A stretch of DNA of 32,000 nt from Candidatus Pacearchaeota archaeon (lineage in GTDB: Archaea > Nanobdellota > Nanobdellia > Pacearchaeales > UBA284), in NCBI GenBank assembly GCA_026016245.1, contig CP061211.1:600001-632000 (forward strand). The letters are read 5' to 3'. This document shows positions 7,667 through 17,200 of this stretch, piece by piece; positions within the stretch are counted from its first letter, which is position 1; each line of letters starts with the position of its first letter. Below the pieces are notes generated by a model, which saw only the letters and a list, made by a program, of their open reading frames with translations, was not told the origin of the DNA and ran no database searches. The position numbers and the translations under genes are program-made.

Positions 7667-8430
7667 ACAATAAAGAATTTCCAGAAGAAGGAGAAATTTT
7701 GTTAGGGACAGTTGAAAGAGTAGTTAGAACAAATGTTTTTGTAAAGTTGGATGATTATGGTAAAGAAGGAGTTATGTCTTTTAGTGAGGTTTCCCCAGGT
7801 AGAATTAGAAATATAAGAAAATATGTTGTTCCTGGCCAAAAAATAGTCTGTAAGGTTTTGAGGGTTGATGAGGCTAGAAATCATATTGACTTATCATTAA
7901 GAAGGGTAAGCACAAGAGAAAAGAAAGAAGTTCTTGAAATACACAAGAGGGGCAAGGATGCGCTGGCAATGATGGGTGTTATTGTGAAAGAAAAGAAAAA
8001 ACTAGATGAGCTTGTTGATAAGATAAAAGAAAAATTTGGTTTAGGAGAATTTTTAGAAGAATTAATGGCCAAGGTAGGAGAACCAAAGGAAAGTCTTTCT
8101 ATGTTAAAAAAGGTAGGTTTTAGTGATGAAGAAGCTAATAGACTCTTGAAGCTGATTTCTGAAAAAATAAAAGAGAGAAGGGTGAAAGTCAAAGAAAAAA
8201 TATCTTTGAGCAGTGAGGCTGAGGATGGAGTTGAGATAATTAAAAAAATTCTTGGCGAGGCAGAGAAGAAGGCAGAGGTTAGTTATTTAGGAGCGTCTTA
8301 TTATTCTCTTACAATAGAAGATAAGGATTATAAGGAAGCAAATAAAAAGTTAAAAAATATTCTAGATAATATAGAGAGAATGGCAAAAGAATTTAAATGT
8401 AATTTTAAACATCTAAAGGAGAAAAAGTAA
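7663..8430 (+). CDS. eif2a: translation initiation factor aIF2 alpha subunit
   Basis: N-terminal S1 domain PEEGEILLGTVERVV..NVFVKLDDYGKEGVMSFSEVSPGRIRNIRKYVVPGQKIVCKVLRVD..HIDLSLRRV. Length is 255 aa. Confidence 0.9.
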   Translation: MNNKEFPEEGEILLGTVERVVRTNVFVKLDDYGKEGVMSFSEVSPGRIRNIRKYVVPGQKIVCKVLRVDEARNHIDLSLRRVSTREKKEVLEIHKRGKDALAMMGVIVKEKKKLDELVDKIKEKFGLGEFLEELMAKVGEPKESLSMLKKVGFSDEEANRLLKLISEKIKERRVKVKEKISLSSEAEDGVEIIKKILGEAEKKAEVSYLGASYYSLTIEDKDYKEANKKLKNILDNIERMAKEFKCNFKHLKEKK

Positions 8431-8431
8431 A

Positions 8432-8590
8432 ATGAAGCAAGTCAAATGTATAAGTTGTGGAAAAGAGCTGAGTAAAGGAGGAGTTATTTTAAAATGTCCT
8501 TCCTGCGGCAAGAAAACTATTGTGAGATGTGATCATTGCCGTAAAGTAGGAGTTAAATATAAATGTGATTGTGGTTTTGAAGGTCCATAA
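8432..8590 (+). CDS. small double Zn-ribbon protein (52 aa), absent from the ORF track
   Basis: MKQVKCISCGKELSKGGVILKCPSCGKKTIVRCDHCRKVGVKYKCDCGFEGP has four CxxC/CxC pairs. Its position just upstream of aEF-1beta matches the conserved archaeal Zn-ribbon/EF-1beta pair. Confidence 0.7.
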   Translation: MKQVKCISCGKELSKGGVILKCPSCGKKTIVRCDHCRKVGVKYKCDCGFEGP

Positions 8591-8600
8591 AAAAAGAAAA

Positions 8601-8873
8601 ATGGCGATGGCTATCCTTAAACTTAAGATAATGCCTAAATCCCCTGATACAGATTTAGGGAAGATAAAAATAGAGATAGAAGAGAGAGCTAAGAGATTTG
8701 ATGCAAAAGTTCATTCTTCTGAGGAACAACCTATTGCTTTTGGCCTTAAGGCTTTGATAGTAACACTTGCATGGCCAGAAGAGAAAAGCACAGAGGGTGG
8801 GGTAGAAGAATTTTTACATATAGAAGAGATTAGCAGTATTGATGTTATTGATTATAGAAGGGCATTTGGTTAA
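8601..8873 (+). CDS. ef1b: translation elongation factor aEF-1 beta
   Basis: MAMAILKLKIMPKSPDTDLGKIK...EEQPIAFGLKAL...IDVIDYRRAFG. The ATG at 8601 is preferred over the GTG at 8565, which would overlap the Zn-ribbon gene. Confidence 0.85.
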   Translation: MAMAILKLKIMPKSPDTDLGKIKIEIEERAKRFDAKVHSSEEQPIAFGLKALIVTLAWPEEKSTEGGVEEFLHIEEISSIDVIDYRRAFG

Positions 8874-8885
8874 GATTAATCAAAA

Positions 8886-9548
8886 ATGGATGAAAAAGAA
8901 ATAGAAAAATTAAGAAAAAAAATTTTAGAACAGGTAGAAAGGCTACCAGAAGAGCAAGCCTCCTCTTTGAGAGAACAGATTAAGAGCGCAAGTCCTCAAG
9001 AGCTGGAGAATTTTTTAAAACAACAAATGGTTCGAGGAGATGAGGGCGAGTGTTTTTTCTGCCAGCTTGTTTCTGGTAAAGTTGAAACAGTGAGGATATA
9101 TGAGGATGCTGATATTTTATGTATTCTAGATATCTATCCTGCAAATCCTGGACATATGATTGTTATACCAAAAAAACATTTTCAGTTTATGCATGAAATC
9201 CCTGATGCTCTTCTGAAAAAGATATTTATTTTTATTAAAACAATAGAGCCTATACTCCTTGATACTACTAAAGCACATGGTTTAAGCATTTATATTGCCC
9301 AAGGACAGGGAGCTGGTCAGAAAGTAAAACATTTTTCTGTAAATCTTATTCCTAGATTTGAAGGTGATAATATTAATTTTGAATGGCAAAGAAAAAAAGT
9401 TTCTAAAGATGAATTAGAAAAGCTTGGTAAAAAGATAAGGGAAAAAAGCGAGGGAATTGTAAGGGGGGAGCAGGAAAAAAAGGAGAAAGAAAAAGAATTG
9501 GAAGAGGCTGAAAAGATGATGAAGCATGTTAAGGAAAGAGTGCCTTAG
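8886..9548 (+). CDS. HIT-superfamily protein with degenerate histidine triad and charged N/C-terminal extensions
   Basis: The core is CFFCQLVSGKVETVRIYEDADILCILDIYPANPGHMIVIPKKHF. The triad position reads GQKVKHFSVNLIPR (H-F-S-V-N-L) instead of HxHxHxx. Confidence 0.75.
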   Translation: MDEKEIEKLRKKILEQVERLPEEQASSLREQIKSASPQELENFLKQQMVRGDEGECFFCQLVSGKVETVRIYEDADILCILDIYPANPGHMIVIPKKHFQFMHEIPDALLKKIFIFIKTIEPILLDTTKAHGLSIYIAQGQGAGQKVKHFSVNLIPRFEGDNINFEWQRKKVSKDELEKLGKKIREKSEGIVRGEQEKKEKEKELEEAEKMMKHVKERVP

Positions 9549-10438
9549 ATTCCAAACAAGTAATGTATTATTATAAATAATAAATCACCCACAAACAGGC
9601 TGCATATTAAAGCTATGAGGAAGACTGGTACAAAAGGCAGGCCGTATTTGATTGTAATTTTCTTTTTTGATTTTCTAAGCAGCTGAATGTCTTTCTTACT
9701 TAAACCATGAATGCTTGGCTTGATCATTTTATTCTTTATTTTTACAGATTCAATTATCCAGTCTCCTTCACTGAGCTTGCTTGCTGGAACTTTTCTGATC
9801 ATTGCTGAATTTTCTGCAGCTTTGATGAAAGAGTAAAGTAAGGGCAGGATTAAGAATACTATAAATGGAATGAAAAACCAGCTTTTATCAAATAAACTTA
9901 ATGTTAAGGCGATGGCAGCTATAAGCCAGGAGATAGTTCTGAAAAATCTTATTCTTTTGAATGTTTTTTGGAATTCCATGCCAAATGTTTTATTTCTAAT
10001 TGCTGAGAAGATACTGAAGAAAAGTCCATAAATAGAACCTATGAAAAATATGTTAATTAGGAAAATGAGAAGAAAAGGCTCATTGAATGATCCTAGTGAA
10101 TAAACCTGAAAATGTGATGCAAAAATTGGTTGTGTTGCAAAAACCACAGAAAGGGCCATCAAAAGTTTGGCATCCCCTCCCCCAAATATTCTAGTATAAT
10201 AGAAGAGATGCGCTAAAAGGTAAAAGATTGCAAATGCAGCTAGGGCATACCAAAAATATGGGGCTTGTTTTTCCATAATTGCTGCAAGGGCCCTTACTGC
10301 AAATGCTATAAAAATTAAACTAAAACTTAGCCAGTTTGGCACCTCCCTCTTTCTTAAATCAGTTACAGAGGCTGTGATTAGCCATAAAAAGGCGATAGAT
10401 ACTAACAAAATATCAGAAATGAAAATTATATCTGCCAT
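9545..10438 (-). CDS. A24-family type IV prepilin/preflagellin-like aspartyl peptidase (FlaK/PibD type)
   Basis: Polytopic membrane protein with a first catalytic Asp context (VTDLRKREVPNWL) and the signature FGGGDAKLLMAL. A soluble insert lies before the last TM helix. Confidence 0.8.
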   Translation of the reverse strand: MADIIFISDILLVSIAFLWLITASVTDLRKREVPNWLSFSLIFIAFAVRALAAIMEKQAPYFWYALAAFAIFYLLAHLFYYTRIFGGGDAKLLMALSVVFATQPIFASHFQVYSLGSFNEPFLLIFLINIFFIGSIYGLFFSIFSAIRNKTFGMEFQKTFKRIRFFRTISWLIAAIALTLSLFDKSWFFIPFIVFLILPLLYSFIKAAENSAMIRKVPASKLSEGDWIIESVKIKNKMIKPSIHGLSKKDIQLLRKSKKKITIKYGLPFVPVFLIALICSLFVGDLLFIIIHYLFGI

Positions 10439-10649
10439 CTTTTTCCTTGTTTTTAATCTTTCTTTCTTTTTTTCAGTGTTCTTAGTGGTCCACCTTTCTT
10501 ATAGACTCTATATCTTCTTTTCTTTTTTAAATGTTTTTTGCTTTTTCTTTGTTCAGGAACTGCGTATTGCATTGTAAGGGAAAGGTTTTAAAATTTAAAA
10601 ATTTTAGTATTTTTATCATAAAGAGGAAAAGAGAGGATAATGGTATAAT

Positions 10650-11984
10650 ATGGTGATTTGGGTTTTCATTATTGCTGGAGCCATACTTGGCGCAATACTT
10701 TTAGGTGCTGGCAAGCCAGGGGGAAGAGTTTCTTACACTATGGGTGATATATTTAATGCTAGTATTGGTGCTGCTATTCCTGGTTTAATAATAGGGGGTG
10801 TTATTGGAGTTTTGCTTAGCCTTTTTGCTATCTATGACCTTGGTTTTAGTGGCTTGCTTGCCACTTTAATTCTAGGTGTTGTTGGCGCTTTTGGTCTTGG
10901 CTTGCTTTTTTTTGTTTTCACTGCTGTTGTCAAGGGTCTTTCTAATTTAATTGGTGAGAGAGGTGCGAGAATTATTACTGGGCTTCTTGCAGGGGCTGTG
11001 ATCGGTGCTATATTTGGTTTATTCTTTTCACCGCTTGGAGTTACTATAATGCCTGAGTATTTGAAATTTGCAGATCCTTTGAAAGAGACTGTTGTTGATG
11101 GCTTGGAAGAGCTTGCGAAGTTTAGGCACTGTCTTTATGCTGATCCAAGATGCCCTTTCTTTGTTTCCTGGGAAGATCCAAATGTGCAATCAATTGTTGA
11201 GGAATTTAATGTGAAAGTGGATTTCTCTGAAAGAAGAATCCTTCCAGATAATACTATAAATCTTCTTGTATCATTATCTGTTCGAAATCCTGAGTTTGCA
11301 GAGCTTCATATTAAGCCCAAATGTTTTTTCAAAAAAGACAAAGAAAGAGAGCTTATTGTTGAGAGAATGGGGAGTTATGCTTTTGGCGATGAATTTGTTT
11401 TTGGGACCACATCACCTGGGCAAGAACTGCATACAACTTTTAGATGCATAGGAGAGATTCCAGAAGCTGCTGATAAAAATATCTATAGTGAGTATGTTGT
11501 TGTGGAATTAGAAAGGCCTGTGGGTGTAAAAACAATCTGGCCAGTGTGGATAGGAGAACAGCCAAGAATGGGAATTGTCAGGAGTGAGATGAAATTCAAT
11601 GCTCCTTATATTGTTGCTCTTGGAAGCAATAATGACATGCCTTTTGAAGAAGGCAAGGAATATGATTTTCAGCTGACAATTAAAAGAAAAGAAAAAGGAG
11701 CTAAGCTGAAAGAAATAGAAACAATAAACGTGAAATTCCCTGAGGATGTCTTGGCAAGCTGTGATAATTTTGAAGGAATAGATCATGAATTTGAGTTAAG
11801 CGATTATGATTATGATTCTTTAAAAAATATTGCACAGTATGAAAAAGAGTACGATAAATTTATATTCCCTTGTGGACTTTATGTTGTGAGTGCTCCAAAA
11901 GAGGCTGTGATGGCGCCTTTTGAGCTCGAAGCTTATTACAGAGTTTATTCAGATTATTCAATTAGGATAATCAAATCACCTTAA
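10650..11984 (+). CDS. membrane protein: four Gly-rich TM helices plus a ~310-aa Cys-containing extracytoplasmic domain (paralog 1 of 3)
   Basis: N-terminus VFIIAGAILGAILLGAG... The C-terminal domain shares strand motifs with the next two ORFs (LVSLSVRNPEF; YDFQLTIKRKEKG; C-terminal PFELEAYYRVYSDYSIRII). Confidence 0.6.
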   Translation: MVIWVFIIAGAILGAILLGAGKPGGRVSYTMGDIFNASIGAAIPGLIIGGVIGVLLSLFAIYDLGFSGLLATLILGVVGAFGLGLLFFVFTAVVKGLSNLIGERGARIITGLLAGAVIGAIFGLFFSPLGVTIMPEYLKFADPLKETVVDGLEELAKFRHCLYADPRCPFFVSWEDPNVQSIVEEFNVKVDFSERRILPDNTINLLVSLSVRNPEFAELHIKPKCFFKKDKERELIVERMGSYAFGDEFVFGTTSPGQELHTTFRCIGEIPEAADKNIYSEYVVVELERPVGVKTIWPVWIGEQPRMGIVRSEMKFNAPYIVALGSNNDMPFEEGKEYDFQLTIKRKEKGAKLKEIETINVKFPEDVLASCDNFEGIDHEFELSDYDYDSLKNIAQYEKEYDKFIFPCGLYVVSAPKEAVMAPFELEAYYRVYSDYSIRIIKSP

Positions 11985-11990
11985 AATAAA

Positions 11991-12923
11991 ATGAAAAAGA
12001 GGAAAACTATAGTTGAGATTATTTGTATTATCTTAATATTATTGTTGGTTTTTTTTCTTGTTTCTGGTCAGGAAGGTTGTCAATTGCCAGGACAAGGGCC
12101 CAAGGCAGAAAAAACTGGAATTGATTACCAGCTTATTAGCGGGATTGATTATTTAAGTGCTGGGAAATTGTTAGAACAAGGAGAGAGTTTCTATGTTGGC
12201 ATTAAAATAGAAAATTATGATGAAACACCAAGGACAGGACAGATATGTATTAGGGATAATATAGCTGACACTTTTGGGGGCATTTCTAGCGAAGGGTTTG
12301 GTGAATGTAAGTTTTTCAGTATTCGTGCTGCTGATGTCATCAAAAAAGAAGTCTCAACTATCTGGGGCAAGCAGATTAAGGAGGAAGTAACCCCTGGAGC
12401 AACAGAAATTTATTTTCCTGAAGCAGCAGAATATAGCTATTATAGCCTGCCTTCTTTAGTAAAACCATATTCTGGATTGCTTTTTGTTTCTTTACAATAC
12501 AGGGAGACAACACAAGCAACAGGAACAGTTACAGTTCCTGGTCCTGAACAGCCAGCCTTAAGTCAAGAACCAGCACCTATAGCAATCTCTGTGGTCAAGT
12601 CTATACATAAAAGACAGGATGGCTATAAAGTTGATTTTGAGATCTTACTGAAAAAACAGCAGAAAGCAAAAATTTTCTCCCATGATTTTATCCAGGAGAA
12701 TGTAACTTACTTTAGAGCTGAAATGGTTCCACAAACTTTGGCTTGCACAGTTTCAGGACAGCCTATTACAGGATTAGTTGAGTTTGAAAACGAAAGGCTT
12801 ATAAAATGTTCAAGTCTTATTTATACAACAACCCAACAAAGTTATCCTCTTGTGATAACTCTTGATTATGGGGTTGCTCTAGAAAAGAGTTATCCTTTTG
12901 GTATTGAAACAGAAGGTGAATAA
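11991..12923 (+). CDS. secreted/anchored two-domain envelope protein (paralog 2 of 3)
   Basis: Signal/anchor MKKRKTIVEIICIILILLLVFFLVSGQEGCQ. CARDB-like strand motifs (FYVGIKIENYD; APIAISVV..YKVDFEILLKK). Confidence 0.6.
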   Translation: MKKRKTIVEIICIILILLLVFFLVSGQEGCQLPGQGPKAEKTGIDYQLISGIDYLSAGKLLEQGESFYVGIKIENYDETPRTGQICIRDNIADTFGGISSEGFGECKFFSIRAADVIKKEVSTIWGKQIKEEVTPGATEIYFPEAAEYSYYSLPSLVKPYSGLLFVSLQYRETTQATGTVTVPGPEQPALSQEPAPIAISVVKSIHKRQDGYKVDFEILLKKQQKAKIFSHDFIQENVTYFRAEMVPQTLACTVSGQPITGLVEFENERLIKCSSLIYTTTQQSYPLVITLDYGVALEKSYPFGIETEGE

Positions 12924-12976
12924 AAAAGAAAAAGAAAGATTGTGAAAAAAAGAAAAAAAGAGGAAAAAAAGGAAAG

Positions 12977-13885
12977 ATGAAATTTGATATTAATTTTTTT
13001 CTAGTTTTTTTACTTTTAGCTGTCTTAGTTTTAGCCAGTGGTCAGATGGGTTGTCCTCAGGAAGAGGAAGTAGAGTTTAATACAACTGCCCTTATCATGA
13101 ATTTTGTTGAAAATGCCCCTCCAAATGAACTTGTCACTGGATTGAAATATCCCATTTATGTTGATATAAAGAATCTTGGAGGATATGATGTTCCTAAGGG
13201 AGCAGCACATTTTTATCTAAGTGGAATCGGGGATAATTTAGAGAATGTGCAGACTCATGTCCAGAATGTTAATTTTTTGAATAAGAGAACTGGAACACAG
13301 GAAGGCGGTCAGGAAAGAATCAGCTTTGCTACAGAGGCAGAGCCTTGGAAAACCCTACCAGCCCCTTTTAATTTAAACATTCAGATAGATTCTTGTTACA
13401 GTTATGCTACAATAACCCAAACAAGTATCTGTGTTGGAAAGGGAAATACTATCTGTAGTATAAGTGGAGAAAAAATTGAAACAGGAAGCAATTCTGCTGC
13501 TCCGATACAAATCTCTAGCTTGACAGAGAGCATGACAGGGAATAAACTGTTTGTCACATTTAGAATAGAGAATAAAGGCTTAGGAGAGGTTTATCTGCCT
13601 AATACTGATTGTGATAAGTTACAAGCACAAGATATAAATGAAAAATTAAAACAGAATCAGGTTGAGATATCAATAAGGGTAGAGGAAGGAGTTACTTGCA
13701 GGCTTCAACAATCAACAGAACCTTATGGAACTATAGATGCTCTTGACGGCATTACTTCTATCGGGCAGGTAACATGTCAGAAAGTTATAGAGGGCGCTGA
13801 ATCACACTTGTCTCCTTTTGAAATAGTTCTTTCATACAAATACAGAGAAAAAATATCAAAGAGCATAACAATATTGCCAGAGTGA
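12977..13885 (+). CDS. secreted/anchored two-domain envelope protein (paralog 3 of 3)
   Basis: Signal MKFDINFFLVFLLLAVLVLASGQMGCPQ. Motifs PIYVDIKNLGG and APIQISSL..KLFVTFRIENKG; C-terminal PFEIVLSYKYREKISKSITIL. Confidence 0.6.
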   Translation: MKFDINFFLVFLLLAVLVLASGQMGCPQEEEVEFNTTALIMNFVENAPPNELVTGLKYPIYVDIKNLGGYDVPKGAAHFYLSGIGDNLENVQTHVQNVNFLNKRTGTQEGGQERISFATEAEPWKTLPAPFNLNIQIDSCYSYATITQTSICVGKGNTICSISGEKIETGSNSAAPIQISSLTESMTGNKLFVTFRIENKGLGEVYLPNTDCDKLQAQDINEKLKQNQVEISIRVEEGVTCRLQQSTEPYGTIDALDGITSIGQVTCQKVIEGAESHLSPFEIVLSYKYREKISKSITILPE

Positions 13886-14194
13886 TCATTCAATCATTTC
13901 TATTTCTACATTAACATCTTTAGGGATAGGCATTCTCATTATGCTATGAAGAACACGTTCATCAGCAGGCATGTCAATCAGCCTTTTATGAATTCTCATT
14001 TCATATTTATCAAAAGTAGCTTTACCATCGCCGCAAGGGCTTTTTCTCGTAGTAATCTTTAATTTTTTAGTTGGCAAAGGCACAGGACCTCTAATTATAA
14101 TACCAGCCTTAGAACTAATCTCTTTAATATTATTTATTAATTCATTCAACTTATTTATATCTATACTTGCTAGCTTAATCCTTGTTCGTGCCAT
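13886..14194 (-). CDS. rps10: 30S ribosomal protein uS10
   Basis: 102 aa. RIKLASIDINKLNE..., GPVPLPTKKLKITTRKSPCGDGKATFDKYEMRIHKRLID. Confidence 0.9.
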   Translation of the reverse strand: MARTRIKLASIDINKLNELINNIKEISSKAGIIIRGPVPLPTKKLKITTRKSPCGDGKATFDKYEMRIHKRLIDMPADERVLHSIMRMPIPKDVNVEIEMIE

Positions 14195-14280
14195 AAAAGA
14201 CCTTGAGTGTGGATAATATAAAAATCTTGCGTTCCATGATTTTAGAAAAACTTTAAAAAAACCAAATCCTTCTAAAATTG

Positions 14281-17200
14281 ATGTTAAAAGAGGATAATAG
14301 TAAAATCAACAAAGTAACTGCAATAATTTTTTTTATTGTGTTAATTGGACTAGTCTTTTTTATGTTCTTCATAAAACCTGTAATCACTGCAAAAGCCATA
14401 GCTTTAGAAAAAGAATTTTTTATGCCAAATGAAAAAATCAAAGGGAATTTTACTCTGATTTTAAAAGAGGGCGAACTTATCCCTTCAAATACAAAAATTC
14501 TTATAGAATTGGATGGACAGCAACAAAGAGAGCTCACTATCAAGGAATTTATTGAACTTAGTAATCTTGATATAGAAGAAGAGCAGGGAGGTTTTTTTAT
14601 ACCTAAGACTAGAATTTCTGGGGCTGGCTTTGGATATGGAAAAGCAGGGCATTATGTAGTTTATCCAGATGTTGATTTTCAATTAAAAATTATCTCTCCA
14701 ACAGAAGAAGAAGTAACAGAGATAGAAGAGCCAACAGAAGAAAGTACTGAAGAAAATATTACAGAACAAAACATAACTGAACAAAACATAACAGAAGAAA
14801 ATAAGACAGAAGTTCCAGAAGAAAACATCACTGAAATTAAAGAAGAACCTACAGAAGAAGCAACAGAAGCAGAAGAAGAGCCAGCAGAAGAAGAGAATTC
14901 AGGAGAAAATGAAAATCTAGAAGAAGATGTTATAAACTCATTGTCTATTTTTGCTATCTTAAATAAATTTTTCAGTTTTTGGGGGGCATTTACAATAGTT
15001 GAAGAAAGTGGCAATGTAAAAATTATAGAAGCATCTTGTTCTTTGGATGAGCCATTTTATTATGAGTTAGGAGAGGGGGAGCAAGCAGAACTTATGGAAG
15101 GAAGTGTAAGAATAGATGGAGAAATTGTTAGAGATAATAAGGTTGATATTGATATTAAGGACGATGTTTTAACTGTTTCAACAGATTATTTTGAAAGCTA
15201 TGAAGGTTTTGGTGAGGCTTATCTTGGTGATGATTATGAAATCACCCTTAATTTAAATGTTCTTGATTTAAATATTGAAAAAGAAGGAACCCATACCTTA
15301 ACTATAACTTTGGTTTATGAAGATGAAGAGTTAATGAATGCTAGTGAAGAAATTGAAGTGAAGCCAGAGAGTATAACAATTAAGATTATTGATAAAGATG
15401 GAAATATTGAAGATGAAATTTTGGCTAGTTCTACAAAAATAAAAATAAAGATTAGGAAGATTGTTGTGGGGGGAGAGGAAGAGCATGAAATTGAAATTGA
15501 AGATAATGTGATAAGTATAACTGGTGCAGCGATAATAGAAACTAAACAAGCACTGCCAGAATCTGAAATTATTTTTATTGATTTTCCAGACAACACAATT
15601 ATCCAAATAGATGAACCAACAATCGAGCAAAAAGCTAAGGGTTTTGCAACAGAGGTTTTTGCTATAGAACCAGGCTCTGAGATTGAGATTGAAACTGCAA
15701 CAATAACTCTTGAAAAATTTACAAGTGATACCATAGCTTCAATTTTATATTGTGAAGATTGGAATATTAATAATTTTAATTGTGATGGCAACTGGATGAA
15801 TTCTGGTTTAGAATTTTTAGATAATGGTACACATATAAGTTTTGAGACAGATCATTTTACTGCTTACATTGGAGCTGGAAATATGACTTGCCCTTATTTT
15901 GCAAATGACAGTGTTATTTTAGTTGAAAGTGTTGCTTGCAATGGAACAGCTTTTATTATAAACAGCAGTAATGTTGAGATAGATTGCCAAGGCCATACAA
16001 TTAATTATTCTGCCACAACCTTAGGATATGGTATTAATAATACAGCTGGTTTTGACAATGTTACAATAAAAAATTGCATAATCAAACAAACTAATTTTAG
16101 TATAGCTTATGCTTATGGAATTTATTTAAAAAATGGAATTGTAAATATTACCATACATAATAATACCATTTTAACTTATGCTTATGCAAGTTATGCTATA
16201 TATCAAACACTTCCTTACACTGGCTCAGACAATATAACTGTTACTGACAATATTGTAAATGGGGGAATAAATCTGGGATATGTACCAAATTGTACAGTTA
16301 CTGGAAATAATGTAACTAATAGTTCATTTGTGGTGGGTGGTTCAGGGGACAGCCCTTATTGCCAAATTACAGACAATAATGTTAGTGGGGGAGATGCTTA
16401 TTTTTCTGGGCCCTATCATAATATAGAAGATAATAATTTTTATGACATAGGATCTGTTATGATAGATGGGAGCCATATTTATTTTTCAGACAATTATATT
16501 TCTAGTAGTACAGATTCAGGAGATGGTACTTTAATTTTAGACTCATCAAGCATTACGAATAATACAGTATATAGCAATATAATCGTGACTTCAGGTGATG
16601 ATGATAATGATGCTGTTTATCTTGATGGTGCTAATGACACAAACTTCAGTTATAATAATATAACCACTGATTGTGTTGATTGTGATGGGATTGTGTGGGA
16701 ATATCCTAAGGTCTTCAATTTGGCTTATAATAATATAACCACTAATGGAAATAACAGTTTTGGCTTAATGCTTTCATATGCTTATAGTGATGTTAAAAAT
16801 ATAACTAATAATACAATAAAGACTTATGGGGCTAGTTCTGGGGGGATCTATTTGGAGACCACTTTAAATTATGATGGCCCTAGCAAGAATGTTTTTAGAA
16901 ATAATATAATAGAGACTGCAAAAGGAATTGCATTTAATTTTTCAGAAGATTGTAATGATCCTTATGATGGTCATCCAAGTGATATTGATACAAGCAATAC
17001 AGCTGAAGGAAAGCCAATTTATTATTATTGCAATACAACAAGCACTTTAATACAAGACCTAGATGCTGGGCAGATTCTTTTTGGTCCTGTTGCAAATGAT
17101 CCAAATATTGTTTTAGAGAATGTTTCAGCAGAAGATGGTATTTTTGTTTCTGATGGTGTCAGTAATTTGATAATAAGAGATTCTACAATAGACACATCAA

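Noticed and set aside
7702-8192. Antisense ORFs 7702-7884 and 7881-8192 inside the aIF2-alpha gene
   Set aside because: The plus-strand product is a well-conserved aIF2-alpha. The minus-strand products are S/F/L-rich with no motifs.
8565-8600. GTG-initiated N-terminal extension of aEF-1beta proposed by the ORF track
   Set aside because: It would overlap the Zn-ribbon gene in another frame and add a non-conserved MIVVLKVHKKRK. The ATG at 8601 gives the canonical MAMAILKLKIMP start.
10374-10577. 67-aa plus-strand ORF in the peptidase/operon intergenic region
   Set aside because: It starts antisense inside the peptidase gene and is F/L/S low complexity. The region is better read as a divergent promoter spacer.
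11266-11786. Internal ORFs 11266-11451 (+) and 11508-11786 (-) within the 10650-11984 gene
   Set aside because: They are out-of-frame or antisense to a longer ORF that is supported by its paralogs, and they have no motifs.
11991-13885. Reading the two signal-bearing paralogs as type IV pilins processed by the adjacent A24 peptidase
   Set aside because: No K/R-G/A cleavage site precedes the hydrophobic segment, and the proteins are large two-domain beta-rich proteins. Pilin identity is not supported, and the adjacency is reported only as an open question.
14253-15791. Minus-strand ORFs 14253-14543, 14485-14682, 14679-15014, 15315-15791 and 15331-15630
   Set aside because: All are antisense to the 2188-aa ORF and are dominated by S/F/I low complexity mirroring the E/T/N-rich sense strand.
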